Assembly (NCBI GenBank): GCA_963727455.1
Contig: CAVSGG010000009.1
Coordinates: 256,001-320,000, forward strand
Direction of reading: 5' to 3'
Origin: Candidatus Krumholzibacteriota bacterium
GTDB lineage: Bacteria; Krumholzibacteriota; Krumholzibacteriia; JAJRXK01
Length of the DNA: 64,000 bases
A model generated the notes under the pieces. It ran no database searches. It had not been told where the DNA came from and worked only from the letters and a program-made list of their open reading frames with translations. Position 1 is the stretch's first letter. Every line of letters starts with the position of its first letter. Below are positions 27,446 to 38,129 of the stretch, one piece after another. Made by a program: the position numbers and the translations under genes.

Positions 27446-29428
27446 TCAGCGCACCAGCGTCATCGATCGAGTCTGATCGACTCCATCGGCCTGGAAGCGA
27501 TAGTAGTATACCCCGCTGGCGACTTGACGTCCCGCGGAGTCTACGCCGTTCCAGATGACCGAATGCGAGCCCGCTGGCTGGGGGCCGTCGAGTAAGCTCG
27601 CAATCCTGCGCCCACGCGCATCGTAGACGGAGAGATGCACGGTGGCATCGCGCGCGAGATCGAAACGGATGGTCGTGCGCGGGTTGAAGGGATTCGGATG
27701 GTTCGTCAAGAGGCGAGTCAGTCCGGGAATGGCGGGAGTGGCAGTGCCCACGTTCTGCACCGTTGCGCTCAGGTTGTAGACCAGATCATCGCGCGTGCTG
27801 GCACCGAGAACGCCCTGCTCGTCGCGGGTCTTGAAATGGAGAGCCGCGACATACACCTGGCCACCGGTCACTCCGTTGTCGTCGAAGTGGACCGTGAAGT
27901 TGGCGGCGGACCCGCCAATATTGACCGCCGAAAAACCGGGCACGCTGAAGCGTGACGCGTCGGTACCCGAAATCTGTACATCGTAAACGTTCAGCAGGGC
28001 CTGCAGGGTATCGAAGCCGTAGTTGTAGGCATCCACCTGGATGTCGCTGAATTCTCCCTCAGCGTGGTTGCCAAAATCGGCCGACTCACTCGCGACCAAC
28101 GCGTCGGAACGCACCGAGGGTGCGGCCGGAGCAAGCACGGTGGCCGAGGCGGCCCGCTGCGCAGTGGGATTATCGGGCGCATTGGTGGTGAAATCGACCG
28201 TTCCCGTCAAATCGGCCGGGGTGGAGGTCACCACTCCGATGGACGCCGAGCCCGATCCACCCGCGGACACGCTCGAAGTTCCCGCGGGTGCGGTGAAGCC
28301 GCTGCTTGCGTTCATGCTGTAGTCGAGATCGTCCGAAGGAATGGGAGCCGGATTGCTCACGCTCAAGAGGATTTGGGGCGAGCTTCCCACCAGCACGCGG
28401 CCGAAGCCCAGGGTTCCGGTGATCTGCAACTTGGCGGGCATCTGAAGGTCGAGGTAGAGCGGCAGATGATCCGAACCACGAAACAGGGCGTTGGCGATGG
28501 TCGTTCCCTCGGGAATGGTGGGAGAGTCGGTGATGTTCTTGTTGAAGTGGTTTCCATCCTGACCGTAGGTGGTGTAGGTACCGCTCAAGTACGCGATTCC
28601 CGACCCGTCTAGCATATCGTCGTTGGCCAAGAGAAAATCGAAGCGGTCATCCAGGCCGCCGGTGCTGCCTCCGTCGCCCAGATTGTCCAGTCGCGGCGAC
28701 TGAGAATGGACGTCCTCGAAGGCGGAGTTGTTGTGCCAGTCTCCGACACGATTGATGGGATCGAAGACCCGTCCGTCGTTGTCGCTCAGGCTCCCCGTCA
28801 GCTCGTCCCAGGCAGGTTCGGAACTGGCGGAATAGAAATTGAAATCGCCTCCCACCAGGAAGTGGCTTCCCGCCGGTAGAGTATTCAGATGGTTGCGCAG
28901 GATGGTGGCTTCGGCGAGCCGCTTCTGTTCGTTGTCGGTGCCCGAGCTGGCTTTTAGATGCACCGCGTAGATCCGGAACTCCGAGGCGCTCGCGCTGTAG
29001 CCATCCGGCTTGAAGGCCCAGCCGTTGATGTCGCGCAGAGCGGTGGAAAGGGTCACCATGCTCTGATAGTTCAGGGCACTGGTCCGGTAGTAACAGGCAT
29101 TTTCCGTGTCCGGGCCCACCACGAAGGGGGCCATGCTCCACTGTCCCGGCTCGATGGTGTTGAGGACGTTGTCCAGGAAGTACTGAGCCCCATCAGTACC
29201 AATGATCTCCTCGGCGATCATGAGATCCGGATGCACGGCGGACAACACGGTTCGCACATATCCGACCCGCGAGGAGAGATTACTCGGGGAAGCATTCAAG
29301 ACGTTCCACGAGACCACCCGCAGGGCCAAGGCAGGCGAGGCAAAGATGGTCAGAATCAGCACGAAGACGAGGAAACGAGGATACACGGACGCCGGAAGGC
29401 GCCCGGGGAGCCGGGTGAGGGGAGGCAT
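27446..29428 (-). CDS. Secreted endonuclease/exonuclease/phosphatase with C-terminal FlgD-Ig/T9SS-like domain
   Basis: SWNVLN, VHLKA, GGDFN, DRFDF and SDHLP motifs. C-terminal NHPNPFNPRT..WNG.D..G..VASGVYYYR. Confidence 0.9.
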   Translation of the reverse strand: MPPLTRLPGRLPASVYPRFLVFVLILTIFASPALALRVVSWNVLNASPSNLSSRVGYVRTVLSAVHPDLMIAEEIIGTDGAQYFLDNVLNTIEPGQWSMAPFVVGPDTENACYYRTSALNYQSMVTLSTALRDINGWAFKPDGYSASASEFRIYAVHLKASSGTDNEQKRLAEATILRNHLNTLPAGSHFLVGGDFNFYSASSEPAWDELTGSLSDNDGRVFDPINRVGDWHNNSAFEDVHSQSPRLDNLGDGGSTGGLDDRFDFLLANDDMLDGSGIAYLSGTYTTYGQDGNHFNKNITDSPTIPEGTTIANALFRGSDHLPLYLDLQMPAKLQITGTLGFGRVLVGSSPQILLSVSNPAPIPSDDLDYSMNASSGFTAPAGTSSVSAGGSGSASIGVVTSTPADLTGTVDFTTNAPDNPTAQRAASATVLAPAAPSVRSDALVASESADFGNHAEGEFSDIQVDAYNYGFDTLQALLNVYDVQISGTDASRFSVPGFSAVNIGGSAANFTVHFDDNGVTGGQVYVAALHFKTRDEQGVLGASTRDDLVYNLSATVQNVGTATPAIPGLTRLLTNHPNPFNPRTTIRFDLARDATVHLSVYDARGRRIASLLDGPQPAGSHSVIWNGVDSAGRQVASGVYYYRFQADGVDQTRSMTLVR

Positions 29429-29656
29429 GCGGACTGTCCTTTCTCGAAGTTGCAAATTCAGGCCTACGCCGATACAAAGATAATAGCAGATGGCAAGCTC
29501 GCGAAGGAAAATGAGCCCCCGTGAAAACGCACGCGACGTCTTTGCCGTCGGAACCGAAGCATCCAAGACCGGCGCAACTGAGAACGTGGGGGATCCGTAG
29601 TTCTGCTTCGGGGTAAACCCCGCCCATTTCAGCCCCCCTGCCACGGAGCCGCTTCC

Positions 29657-30673
29657 ATGCGTAGAGCTAGCAAAGTCGCCCTCGGCTGCCTCCTTTCCCC
29701 TCTCGTACTTCTGGTGTTCGCGCTCATCTTCGTGCTGAGCGCACGGATGAGCGGAGTACCCGAGCCCTCGATGGTCGACACCGAGTTGGGCCAGAAGGTT
29801 CCGACGGAAATCGCTACGCCAAAACCTTCCACTACCAGGACTCACCTGGAACGAAGGGAAACCGCCGCGAGCGATGAGGAAGCGCAGGCACCGTCGAACG
29901 CAGTGCGCGTGGTGATCGAAATGGAAGAGGCCGAATTCCACATCGACCCGGGGCCGGCCGAAGACGGCATCAAGGTGGAGGCCAAGTACGACAAAGCGAC
30001 CTACGATCTGATGCAGAACTACGACGTGGACAACGACGGGACTCCCACCTATCACCTGTCCTTCAAGTCCCGTGTCCACTGGTTGAAGAGAGTCTTGGCC
30101 GAAAAGAACTTCTCCGAGGACCACCCCGACAACCGGATCGAGGTGCGTCTACCGGTCGACACCCCCATGGACCTCCAGATCTCTCTCGCCAAGGGGGAAG
30201 GCAAGGTCGATCTGACCAACCTGGCTCTGACCAAGCTCACCAGCAAGTTCACGATGGGTGACTACCAGATGGACGTCGATCGTTCCAATTCCCTGGACAT
30301 GAGCCGACTCAGTCTCGAAGGAAAAATGGGCGAGTTCGAAATCAACGGCATCTCGAGGTTGGCAGCGCGCAGTATTCTCATCGTAGGAGGTATGGGAGAG
30401 ATGAGAGTCCACTTCGGGGGACCTCTTCTGCGTGACACCTCTCTGGTCACGAACATGAGGATGGGCGAGATGTCGCTCCGGCTCCCCGACAACGCCGTTT
30501 GGCAGGGCGACGGCAAGGCCGTTTTTGGAGAGGTTAGCGGCGGTGAGGGCCAGCGCGAGATCAGCGATCCCGAGGGTCCTCGGCTCAGCTACCGATCAAA
30601 AGTCTCGTTCGGAGAACTCAGCATCTTCCCCTACCACGTCGAGACTCCTTCCCTCGAGAGTCGCCGCGACTGA
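29657..30673 (+). CDS. Membrane-anchored beta-solenoid (LiaF/toast-rack-like) hypothetical protein
   Basis: N-terminal TM helix and repeated MGE/MGD/FGE turns. Confidence 0.6.
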   Translation: MRRASKVALGCLLSPLVLLVFALIFVLSARMSGVPEPSMVDTELGQKVPTEIATPKPSTTRTHLERRETAASDEEAQAPSNAVRVVIEMEEAEFHIDPGPAEDGIKVEAKYDKATYDLMQNYDVDNDGTPTYHLSFKSRVHWLKRVLAEKNFSEDHPDNRIEVRLPVDTPMDLQISLAKGEGKVDLTNLALTKLTSKFTMGDYQMDVDRSNSLDMSRLSLEGKMGEFEINGISRLAARSILIVGGMGEMRVHFGGPLLRDTSLVTNMRMGEMSLRLPDNAVWQGDGKAVFGEVSGGEGQREISDPEGPRLSYRSKVSFGELSIFPYHVETPSLESRRD

Positions 30674-31493
30674 TGGAGCGAGAGGGATAGAATTCGTGGA
30701 AATGGTGCAGGGGTCCGTGCCCGTGACCTAAAGGCGACGCGCTCTTCAGCGCTTCCGTCACGAATTCCTTGGCCTGCCCGACTGCCTCGCCGAGTTCGAA
30801 TCCGCGCGCCAGATACGCAGCGATGGCCGACGAGAGGGTGCACCCCGTGCCATGAGTGCTGGTGGTTTCGACTCGTGGTGCAGAGAAGACTCGAAATTCC
30901 TTGCCGTCGAAGAGGATGTCGTCGGCTCGCTCCCCGCCGGCGTGGCCCCCCTTGATCAGTACCGCTCTCGGGCCGAGTTCCAGGAGTTGGCGCGCGGCTA
31001 TCTCCAACTCCTGCATGCCCAAGCGAACAGGGCGCCCCAGAAGAGCTTCGACCTCGGGAAGGTTGGGCGTCACGAGGGTTGCCAGAGGAAAGAGTAAGCT
31101 CTCGAGAGTCTTCAGGGCGTCCAAGGGAAGCAGCACGCCACGGCTTTGGGCGTTGAGAACGGGATCGACCACCACGGGAGCCGAGTTCATCTCAGCCAAA
31201 CTTGCCGCTACTGTTTCGGCGATCTCCCGACTTCCGAGCATGCCCGTTTTCACCGCTGCCACCGGGAAGTCGTCGTAAACCGCGCGCATCTGCTCACACA
31301 CGCTCTTATTTGAGGCGAGTTGAACGTGACGAACCTCTTGCGTGTTCTGTGCAGTCAGAGCAGTGACGGCGAAGACTCCGTGCACTTGCAATGCAGAGAA
31401 AGTCCGCAGATCAGCCTGCACCCCGGCGCCCCCTCCGCTGTCGCTGCCGGCGATGCTCAGGACGACGGGAAGCGGCTGGGCGGTGGAGTGCAT
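30618..31493 (-). CDS. thiD: Hydroxymethylpyrimidine/phosphomethylpyrimidine kinase
   Basis: SIAGSDSGGGAGVQAD, TAQNT, KTGML, TPNLPE, KGGH, HGTGCTLSSA. Confidence 0.95.
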   Translation of the reverse strand: MHSTAQPLPVVLSIAGSDSGGGAGVQADLRTFSALQVHGVFAVTALTAQNTQEVRHVQLASNKSVCEQMRAVYDDFPVAAVKTGMLGSREIAETVAASLAEMNSAPVVVDPVLNAQSRGVLLPLDALKTLESLLFPLATLVTPNLPEVEALLGRPVRLGMQELEIAARQLLELGPRAVLIKGGHAGGERADDILFDGKEFRVFSAPRVETTSTHGTGCTLSSAIAAYLARGFELGEAVGQAKEFVTEALKSASPLGHGHGPLHHFHEFYPSRSISRGDSRGKESRRGRGRC

Positions 31494-32512
31494 CAGATGC
31501 GTCCCACGAGATGCGTCCCTGCGCGTCCCTCTAGCGCCTCGGCCAGGTTGTCCGGATCCGTGATGAGTCCGCGGACGCCACCCGATTTCAAGAAGTGGAT
31601 CACGGCGTCGATCTTGGGTCCCATGCTTCCGGCGGGGAAGTTTCCTTCCTCGCGAAGACGCTCGATCTCCTGCAGGGTGACGGCGCCGAGGGGACGTTGG
31701 TTCTTGCTGCCGAAGCCTGCGTAAACCTGCGGCACCGCGGTGAGAATGATCAACAGCTCCGCTCCGATCTCACTGCCGAGAACACTCGAGGTGAGGTCCT
31801 TGTCTATGACCGCCTCCAGACCCTTGTAGGCGCGCGTGCCCTTCTCCTCGGTGATGGGAATGCCACCGCCCCCGCAGGCGAGCACGATGTGCCCCTTTCT
31901 GGCGGTGTCCCGGATCATGTGCCGCTGGATCACCTTCAAGGGACGCGGAGAGGGTACGACCCGCCGCCAGCCGCGGCCGGAGTCCTCGCGCACCGTCCAG
32001 CCCAGCTCCTTGGCGCGGCGCTTGGCTTCCTCTTCACTCAAGAAGGGACCGATGGGTTTGGTGGGCGTGTTGAAGGCCTCATCGTTTTCGTCTACCAGGA
32101 CTTGCGTGACCACAGTGACCACGTAGCGTCCGATATCGCGACTCCTCAGCTGGTTGAGAAGCGCCTGTTGCAAAATGTACCCCAGCGAACCCTCGGTCTG
32201 CGCGACAAGTACGTCCAAGGGCATCGGGGCTACCTCGGGCTGCGCGGCCTCTTGTTGGATGAGAAGAGATCCGACCTGGGGTCCGTTTCCATGAGTGATC
32301 ACCAGCTCGTATCCGCGCTCCACCAGGGTCATCAACTTGTCACAGAGAGCGAAGGCGCAGCGCTCATGCTCCTCGATCGTTCCCTTCCCTCCAGCTTCCA
32401 TGAATGCGTGTCCCCCCACCGCGACGAGGGCGATCGGACGACCGCGTTCCGACGATTCGCTCTTGGCGAAGCGGACGCTCTGCTGCGTATCTTTTGAGTA
32501 GTGATCTTCCAT
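31493..32512 (-). CDS. arcC: Carbamate kinase
   Basis: THGNGPQVG, PTKPIGPF, RRVVPSP, GGGGIP, EAVIDKD, GSMGPK. Confidence 0.93.
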   Translation of the reverse strand: MEDHYSKDTQQSVRFAKSESSERGRPIALVAVGGHAFMEAGGKGTIEEHERCAFALCDKLMTLVERGYELVITHGNGPQVGSLLIQQEAAQPEVAPMPLDVLVAQTEGSLGYILQQALLNQLRSRDIGRYVVTVVTQVLVDENDEAFNTPTKPIGPFLSEEEAKRRAKELGWTVREDSGRGWRRVVPSPRPLKVIQRHMIRDTARKGHIVLACGGGGIPITEEKGTRAYKGLEAVIDKDLTSSVLGSEIGAELLIILTAVPQVYAGFGSKNQRPLGAVTLQEIERLREEGNFPAGSMGPKIDAVIHFLKSGGVRGLITDPDNLAEALEGRAGTHLVGRI

Positions 32513-32683
32513 GTCTATCCGCCTCCAGGGGCCCCAGGGAGAGGTCAGAGAGTGTAGCGTCTATCCCACCGGGGATGAAAGCCCAAGTATGGGCGCGAAT
32601 TTTGGCAAGCCAAGGAGCTTGCCTCGAGCGCTCGATTGCTCTTTCATGGCATTGGTGTCCTCATTCGCAGCGAGAAACACAAG

Positions 32684-33805
32684 ATGAGCTCCGATTTGCA
32701 ACTGGCCGAACTCCTTTCCCGACAGACGGTGAACGCCGCTGCCGCGCTGGTGGAACCGCTCGAGGGCGGCCGCCTGCGCTGCCTGGCCTGCGGTCATCGC
32801 TGTCGCCTAGCCAAGAGTCGTGCTGGAGTCTGCCGCGTGCGCTTTCTCCAGAACGGCGAGCTGCGCGTCCCCTATGGCTATGTGCATGCACTCGCGCTCG
32901 ACCCCATCGAAAAGAAGCCCTTCTACCACGTTCTGCCCGGCGAAACAGCCCTGAGTTTCGGCATGCTGGGCTGCGACCTCCACTGTGGCTACTGTCAGAA
33001 CTGGATCAGCTCGCAGACCCTGCGCGACGAGAACGCGGTGGCCAGTTTTCAGACGTGCACTCCGGAGGAAATCGTGGATGCGGCCCGGCGGGCCAACAGC
33101 CGCGTGCTGATCAGCACCTACAACGAGCCACTGATCACGGCCGAGTGGGCGGCCGCTGTGTTCGACCGGTCAAAAGAAGCGGGTATGCTCACAGGCTTCG
33201 TGAGCAACGGGAATGCCACGCCAGAGGTACTCGACTTCTTGCGTCCCCGACTCGATCTTTACAAAGTCGACCTCAAAAGTTTTCGCGATGCGAACTATCG
33301 CCAGCTCGGCGGCACCTTGAAGGCAGTGCTCACTACGCTGGAGAGTTTAAAGACGAGGGGATTCTGGGTCGAGGTGGTTACCCTGCTTGTTCCGCAGTTC
33401 AACGATGATGAAGAGGAGATCCGCGAGATGGCGCGTTTCTTGGCCGCTCTCGACCGCGACCTCCCCTGGCATCTAACCGCGTTCCATCCCGACTATCGTA
33501 TGAACGACCGCGCATCAACTTCCTACGAACTCCTGGACCGCGCCTATCAGATCGCGCGCGCGGAAGGCCTTCGCTACGTGTACCTCGGCAACCTGGGCTC
33601 GGCCCAAGACGATCGAGAATCGACCCTTTGCCCGAGTTGTGGAACCAACCTTGTCTCGCGCCGCGGATTTCGGGTACTGAAGAGGACCCTGGCTTCGGCT
33701 GGCGGCAAAGAGAGTTCTTGCCCCGGCTGTGGGCAGGAGATTCCCGGGGTTTGGAACTGGCCGGCAATCGAAGGAAGCCAAGCCGGCGGCTTCGCGTTAC
33801 ACTAG
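32684..33805 (+). CDS. amrS: AmmeMemoRadiSam system radical SAM enzyme
   Basis: DPIEKKPFYH, CxxxCxxC (CDLHCGYCQNW), TYNEP, AFHPDY. Confidence 0.92.
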   Translation: MSSDLQLAELLSRQTVNAAAALVEPLEGGRLRCLACGHRCRLAKSRAGVCRVRFLQNGELRVPYGYVHALALDPIEKKPFYHVLPGETALSFGMLGCDLHCGYCQNWISSQTLRDENAVASFQTCTPEEIVDAARRANSRVLISTYNEPLITAEWAAAVFDRSKEAGMLTGFVSNGNATPEVLDFLRPRLDLYKVDLKSFRDANYRQLGGTLKAVLTTLESLKTRGFWVEVVTLLVPQFNDDEEEIREMARFLAALDRDLPWHLTAFHPDYRMNDRASTSYELLDRAYQIARAEGLRYVYLGNLGSAQDDRESTLCPSCGTNLVSRRGFRVLKRTLASAGGKESSCPGCGQEIPGVWNWPAIEGSQAGGFALH

Positions 33806-33860
33806 ACAGGCGAGCCCGAAGAAGGCTCGGGTAAGATTCCCTGACTCTCAAAGGAAGGCC

Positions 33861-34421
33861 ATGAGCACCGAGGCACAGATTCCCATCCATGTCCAGGGAA
33901 CCCCCAACCCCCGCAGCATGAAGTTTCTCACCGAGCGCACACTTTTGCCCACCGGAAGTGCGGACTTTCGCGATCCCCAATCGGCGTTGCGCTCCCCTCT
34001 GGCCCAGAGAGTCTTCGACATTGATGGAGTCGAAGGGGTGTTCGTGAGCCAGAACCTGGTCACCGTCACCGCGAATGCAGACGGTCTATGGGAAGAGATG
34101 ACTCCCAGAGTTTCCGAAGCGATTCGGGACTTCCTGCGCTCGGGCGAACCGGCGGTTCCCGGCGGACACGACGGGCACGCCGCAGGCGAAGGAGCGATCG
34201 TCGGCCGCATCAAGGAGATCCTGGACGATCAGATTCGTCCCGCGGTCGCCATGGATGGCGGCGACGTGGTCTTCGTGGATTATCGCGACGGCGTCGTATA
34301 CTTGAAGATGCAGGGGGCATGTGGTGGCTGCCCGAGTTCCACCATGACGCTCAAGCAAGGCATCGAGGCGCGGCTGCGTCATTTCATTCCCGAAATCAGC
34401 TCGGTGGAAGCCGTTCTCTAG
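33861..34421 (+). CDS. NifU/NfuA-family Fe-S carrier
   Basis: TPNP.SMKF N-terminal domain and IRPAVAMDGGD..GACGGCPSS. Confidence 0.93.
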   Translation: MSTEAQIPIHVQGTPNPRSMKFLTERTLLPTGSADFRDPQSALRSPLAQRVFDIDGVEGVFVSQNLVTVTANADGLWEEMTPRVSEAIRDFLRSGEPAVPGGHDGHAAGEGAIVGRIKEILDDQIRPAVAMDGGDVVFVDYRDGVVYLKMQGACGGCPSSTMTLKQGIEARLRHFIPEISSVEAVL

Positions 34422-34466
34422 GAAAGGGTGCACATGCTCGGCCCGGTGTCGAGGCTCTGAAGCCAC

Positions 34467-35306
34467 ATGCGTCAAACCAGCGGCTCCATCGTCTGTCCCT
34501 CCTGCGGCAAGCTCATCGATGTCAATGAAGAGCGGTGCCCCTTCTGTGGCCGCTGGCAGCCGGGGATGTTCGGGTACGCCACCAGCCTCTCCCACTTCGC
34601 AGAGTCCTTGGATCCCACCGCGGGGATCACCTGGTTCTGCATCCTGCTCTATCTCATTTCCCTCGCGCTGGATCCTCGTGCAGCGCTGTCCTCCCACGGG
34701 GGATTCCTTGAGATCCTGTCACCCTCGGGTCGCTCCTTGCTCATGCTGGGGATGACTTCGGGCGCGGCAGCGAGCCACGGCCACTGGTACACCGTACTCT
34801 CGGCCACCTTTTTGCACGGCGGTCTGCTCCACATCGGCTTCAATCTGCTGTGGATCCGGAGCATCGGTCCGACCATCGAGGACGGCTACGGCCCGGCCCG
34901 CTACTTCGTGATCTTCATGGTGGCCTCGATCGGCGGCTTTCTGGTCTCCGATATAATCAGCGGCGCGCCCACCGTCGGCGCTTCGGGGGGGATCTTCGGT
35001 CTTCTGGCCGCGACCGTGCTCTACGGACGCGCGCACGGGGGCCACCTGGGCGACGCCATCACCCGTCAGGCCCTATTGTGGGCCGGCATCCTGCTCGTCT
35101 TGGGATTCATGGGTTCCCGCACGAACAACCTGGCGCACTTGGGCGGCTTCGCCTTCGGATACGTCACCGCACGCTATTTCTTGCCCGAGGCCGATCGACG
35201 CGAAGGACTCGGCGTGGTGCTCACCGCCCTCGCGCTCGCGGCGGGGTCGGTCCTCGCGGTCGTCTTCTCCCTCATCACCTTCGCCCCCTACTTCATGAAG
35301 GGCTGA
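34467..35306 (+). CDS. Rhomboid intramembrane serine protease with N-terminal zinc ribbon
   Basis: FLHGGLLHIGFN, GASG and AHLGG motifs, with CxxC..CxxC at the N-terminus. Confidence 0.92.
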   Translation: MRQTSGSIVCPSCGKLIDVNEERCPFCGRWQPGMFGYATSLSHFAESLDPTAGITWFCILLYLISLALDPRAALSSHGGFLEILSPSGRSLLMLGMTSGAAASHGHWYTVLSATFLHGGLLHIGFNLLWIRSIGPTIEDGYGPARYFVIFMVASIGGFLVSDIISGAPTVGASGGIFGLLAATVLYGRAHGGHLGDAITRQALLWAGILLVLGFMGSRTNNLAHLGGFAFGYVTARYFLPEADRREGLGVVLTALALAAGSVLAVVFSLITFAPYFMKG

Positions 35307-36713
35307 TCACCACAAGTCCCTGCGTCCCAGCTCGAGTTTTCCCCAACTCCGGTACCCCAGATAGGCTGTGAGGGCTCCCAGTCCGCAGAGCAGGAGTACG
35401 ATCGAGAGCCAGGCTCCCCACCCGGAGAAGCCCACTGAAGACCGAAGGGCAAGCCCCGCGCACCCACCCACGATCAACAAGAGCAGGCTCAGAATCAGAG
35501 CGGGTAACTTGTCACCGTTGAAACGCAGGAACCATGGAGAGAATCCGATTCCCAAGAGAGTGGTGCCGAGAGAGAGCAAAAAGAGATAGGGAATCGAATT
35601 CCACGACACGGTGGCGAACAGGCCCAGCATTCGCAGAGCCACGGTTCCCAGACAGAGAAAGCACCAACTCGAGAAGATGTCGAAAGAGGAAGCGTATCCG
35701 AGTTCGCGCACGAAGCGCTCGCGCGCGACCGGAAAGAGGGCTTCGCGTTCCAAGTAAGTACGCCGGCGTTGTGAATGCCCATAGCGGTTGAAGGGAAGCA
35801 TGACGAGATAGATGAACATCAAACCGGTCTCGGCGTGCGAATGCCGCTCCTTGTATATCAAGAAGAACATTCCCATCAGGGCCATCAACAGCGCCATGGA
35901 GAGTCCGCTCACCATGGGAGAGCGAGGTCCCATACCGCGACGCCAGTGTGCGATGCGCCGGAGTACCCCCGCCCGATACACGCTGAGACGTGGCTGGAGG
36001 GAGTAACGTCCAAACCAGGGCAGGAGATTCTGAAAGAGCGCGATGAAGGGCGTATCGGAATCGGGACTCGACCCGCTGCGCCAGCAGATCGAGGGATCGA
36101 AGCGGTATTCGAAGCTGCTCTCGCTCAGACGCAACATCCTGCGCATGGTGAAGGCGCTGAGAGCCAATGAGAACACGATCGCCAAGAGGCAATAGGCCGT
36201 ACCACTCCCGCTGATCTTGAGCCAGGCATTCCAGTTGTCTTCCCGCGGAAGCTCGGTGAGCGTCGAAACCATGAAGAAAAGTGAGGGACCGAAGAGCATG
36301 AGAAGGTTCCCGTGCTCGATGAAATAAGGCCAGCTCCAGTAGATACTGAAAACGAGCAGCACGAGCGCGAGCGAGGCCACGAGGCTGAGACCGGCGAGAA
36401 GAGCCCCAACGATCGCGAACACGAGCGGCGGAGACACCACGATCAGTGCCACTCTCAGTTGGACCATCCCGTAGTGGGGGGCCAGGCTTCCCTCGGGCCG
36501 GGCCAGAACCTGCTTCAGATGCCCGCTGACGAGCCCCGCCCACAGCATGAGCAGCATGCTCGTGATCAACAAACCGGCTTCGCCCGCCCACTCCCTGCCC
36601 TTGAGATGTCCCTCCACCGCGATTGCCAAAAGAACCACGGAGAGCAAGAGTGAAAGTGGAAAGCGCACGCGCCGCGGATAATCGCGGATGGCCGCGCCGG
36701 AGGCACTAGTCAT
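35307..36713 (-). CDS. Putative ABC exporter permease
   Basis: About 12 TM segments, overlapping the ABC ATPase gene. Confidence 0.65.
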   Translation of the reverse strand: MTSASGAAIRDYPRRVRFPLSLLLSVVLLAIAVEGHLKGREWAGEAGLLITSMLLMLWAGLVSGHLKQVLARPEGSLAPHYGMVQLRVALIVVSPPLVFAIVGALLAGLSLVASLALVLLVFSIYWSWPYFIEHGNLLMLFGPSLFFMVSTLTELPREDNWNAWLKISGSGTAYCLLAIVFSLALSAFTMRRMLRLSESSFEYRFDPSICWRSGSSPDSDTPFIALFQNLLPWFGRYSLQPRLSVYRAGVLRRIAHWRRGMGPRSPMVSGLSMALLMALMGMFFLIYKERHSHAETGLMFIYLVMLPFNRYGHSQRRRTYLEREALFPVARERFVRELGYASSFDIFSSWCFLCLGTVALRMLGLFATVSWNSIPYLFLLSLGTTLLGIGFSPWFLRFNGDKLPALILSLLLLIVGGCAGLALRSSVGFSGWGAWLSIVLLLCGLGALTAYLGYRSWGKLELGRRDLW

Positions 36714-37587
36714 GGCTCATCTCCAGGAAGATGTCCTCCAGATTCAATTCCTGCACCTGGACTTGGGCGGCGAAGCGCCGTTCCAGTTCCTTTGCCAACG
36801 ATCCGTTCTCGCAAATCACGCTGATCACTGCCTCGCGGCCCTGTACTTTCGAATGCAGGAGCCCGGGAATGTCCAGGTCGCGTGGCAACTCGGAAGTGGA
36901 CACGATCCGCATTCTCTTCACGCTGTCCTTCAACGAGTCGAGATCATCGTCGTACACGATTCTGCCCTCGCGCAAGATGGCCACCCGATCCGCCACGCGT
37001 TCGAGATCACTCAGGATGTGGGTCGAGAAGATGACGGTGCGCTCTCCCTCGCTCACCACCTCCAGAACCAGCTCGAGAAAGGCCCGCCGCGCGGCGGGAT
37101 CCAGACTTGCGGCGGGCTCATCCAGGATCAAGAGCTCCGGAAGATTCCCCAGAGCCGCGAGAAGTCCCAGCTTTTGCCGCTGTCCCACCGAGAGATCCTT
37201 GCTCAGGGTGTCCGAATCGAGTTCCCACTTGCGAAGCAGTTCGTCGATGAACAGCGCGTCCCAGTGGGGGTAGAACGCGGCGATGTAGTCGAGAACCTCT
37301 CGCGGCGTCATCCAGGGATAAGGGTGATACTCCTGTGGCACATAACCGATCCGCGACTTGGTTTCGTCGGACAGCTCCCAGGGATCCTCCCCCAGCAGCT
37401 CGATCTGTCCGTGGTCCGCGCGGAGAAGTCCCAGCGCCAGCTTGAGTAGCGTGGTCTTCCCCGCCGCGTTCCGTCCCAAGAGGCCGACCACCGAGCCGCG
37501 GGGGACACTCCAGTCCACCCCGTTGAGCACTCGCTTCTCGCCGAAGCGCTTCTCCACCGCCTGAGTTCGCAAAACGGTTTCACTCAT
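36706..37587 (-). CDS. ABC transporter ATP-binding protein (YtrB-like)
   Basis: GRNAAGKTT, LSVGQ, LILDEP, STH. Confidence 0.93.
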   Translation of the reverse strand: MSETVLRTQAVEKRFGEKRVLNGVDWSVPRGSVVGLLGRNAAGKTTLLKLALGLLRADHGQIELLGEDPWELSDETKSRIGYVPQEYHPYPWMTPREVLDYIAAFYPHWDALFIDELLRKWELDSDTLSKDLSVGQRQKLGLLAALGNLPELLILDEPAASLDPAARRAFLELVLEVVSEGERTVIFSTHILSDLERVADRVAILREGRIVYDDDLDSLKDSVKRMRIVSTSELPRDLDIPGLLHSKVQGREAVISVICENGSLAKELERRFAAQVQVQELNLEDIFLEMSHD

Positions 37588-37981
37588 GGTCCAGGTCCTC
37601 CAGCAGGGGTTCGATGAGACTCAACAATTGCGATCGCGAAAGTCCGGCCTTTTTGGCCAAGTCCACCGATTCTCGCAAAAGGGGCAAGAGTTCGTGGCGC
37701 AGCCTGGCCTGCCACTCTTGGTCGGGATCCTCGGGCACTCGCATGCCCAGTCCCGCCACGCGCTCCAGAGTTCCCTCTTCATGCAGACGCGAGTAGGCCT
37801 TGGAGACGGTCATAGGATTGATCGAAAGCTCACGGGCGAGCTGGCGTACCGAGGGCAGCATGGTCCCCGCGGCCAAACGGCCGGAGAAGAGCTCGAGACG
37901 CAACTGGTCCATGAGCTGGCGGTACAGCGGTATCCCTGAGCTGGGCTCCAGGAGAAATGCGAGTGGTGGTTGAGCAGACAT
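37580..37981 (-). CDS. GntR/YtrA-family regulator
   Basis: PLYRQL..LPSVRQLAREL.INPMTVSKAY, short protein, first gene of an ABC operon. Confidence 0.92.
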   Translation of the reverse strand: MSAQPPLAFLLEPSSGIPLYRQLMDQLRLELFSGRLAAGTMLPSVRQLARELSINPMTVSKAYSRLHEEGTLERVAGLGMRVPEDPDQEWQARLRHELLPLLRESVDLAKKAGLSRSQLLSLIEPLLEDLDHE

Positions 37982-37984
37982 GGG

Positions 37985-38005
37985 TGTATTACGGACTGTA
38001 ATACA
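37985..38005. promoter_or_regulatory. Putative YtrA operator
   Basis: Perfect inverted repeat TGTATTAC-GGACT-GTAATACA just upstream of the start codon. Confidence 0.7.
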
Positions 38006-38129
38006 GTTGGGTTGCGAGAGAAATGCGGAATTTGACTGGCGAACCCAAATTCTCCGCGAACCCTTCTCCCAGGCCGGATCTCGGGTTAAAATGGCAGTTT
38101 TCCGGCGGAATTCAGCGAGGGAGGCCCCC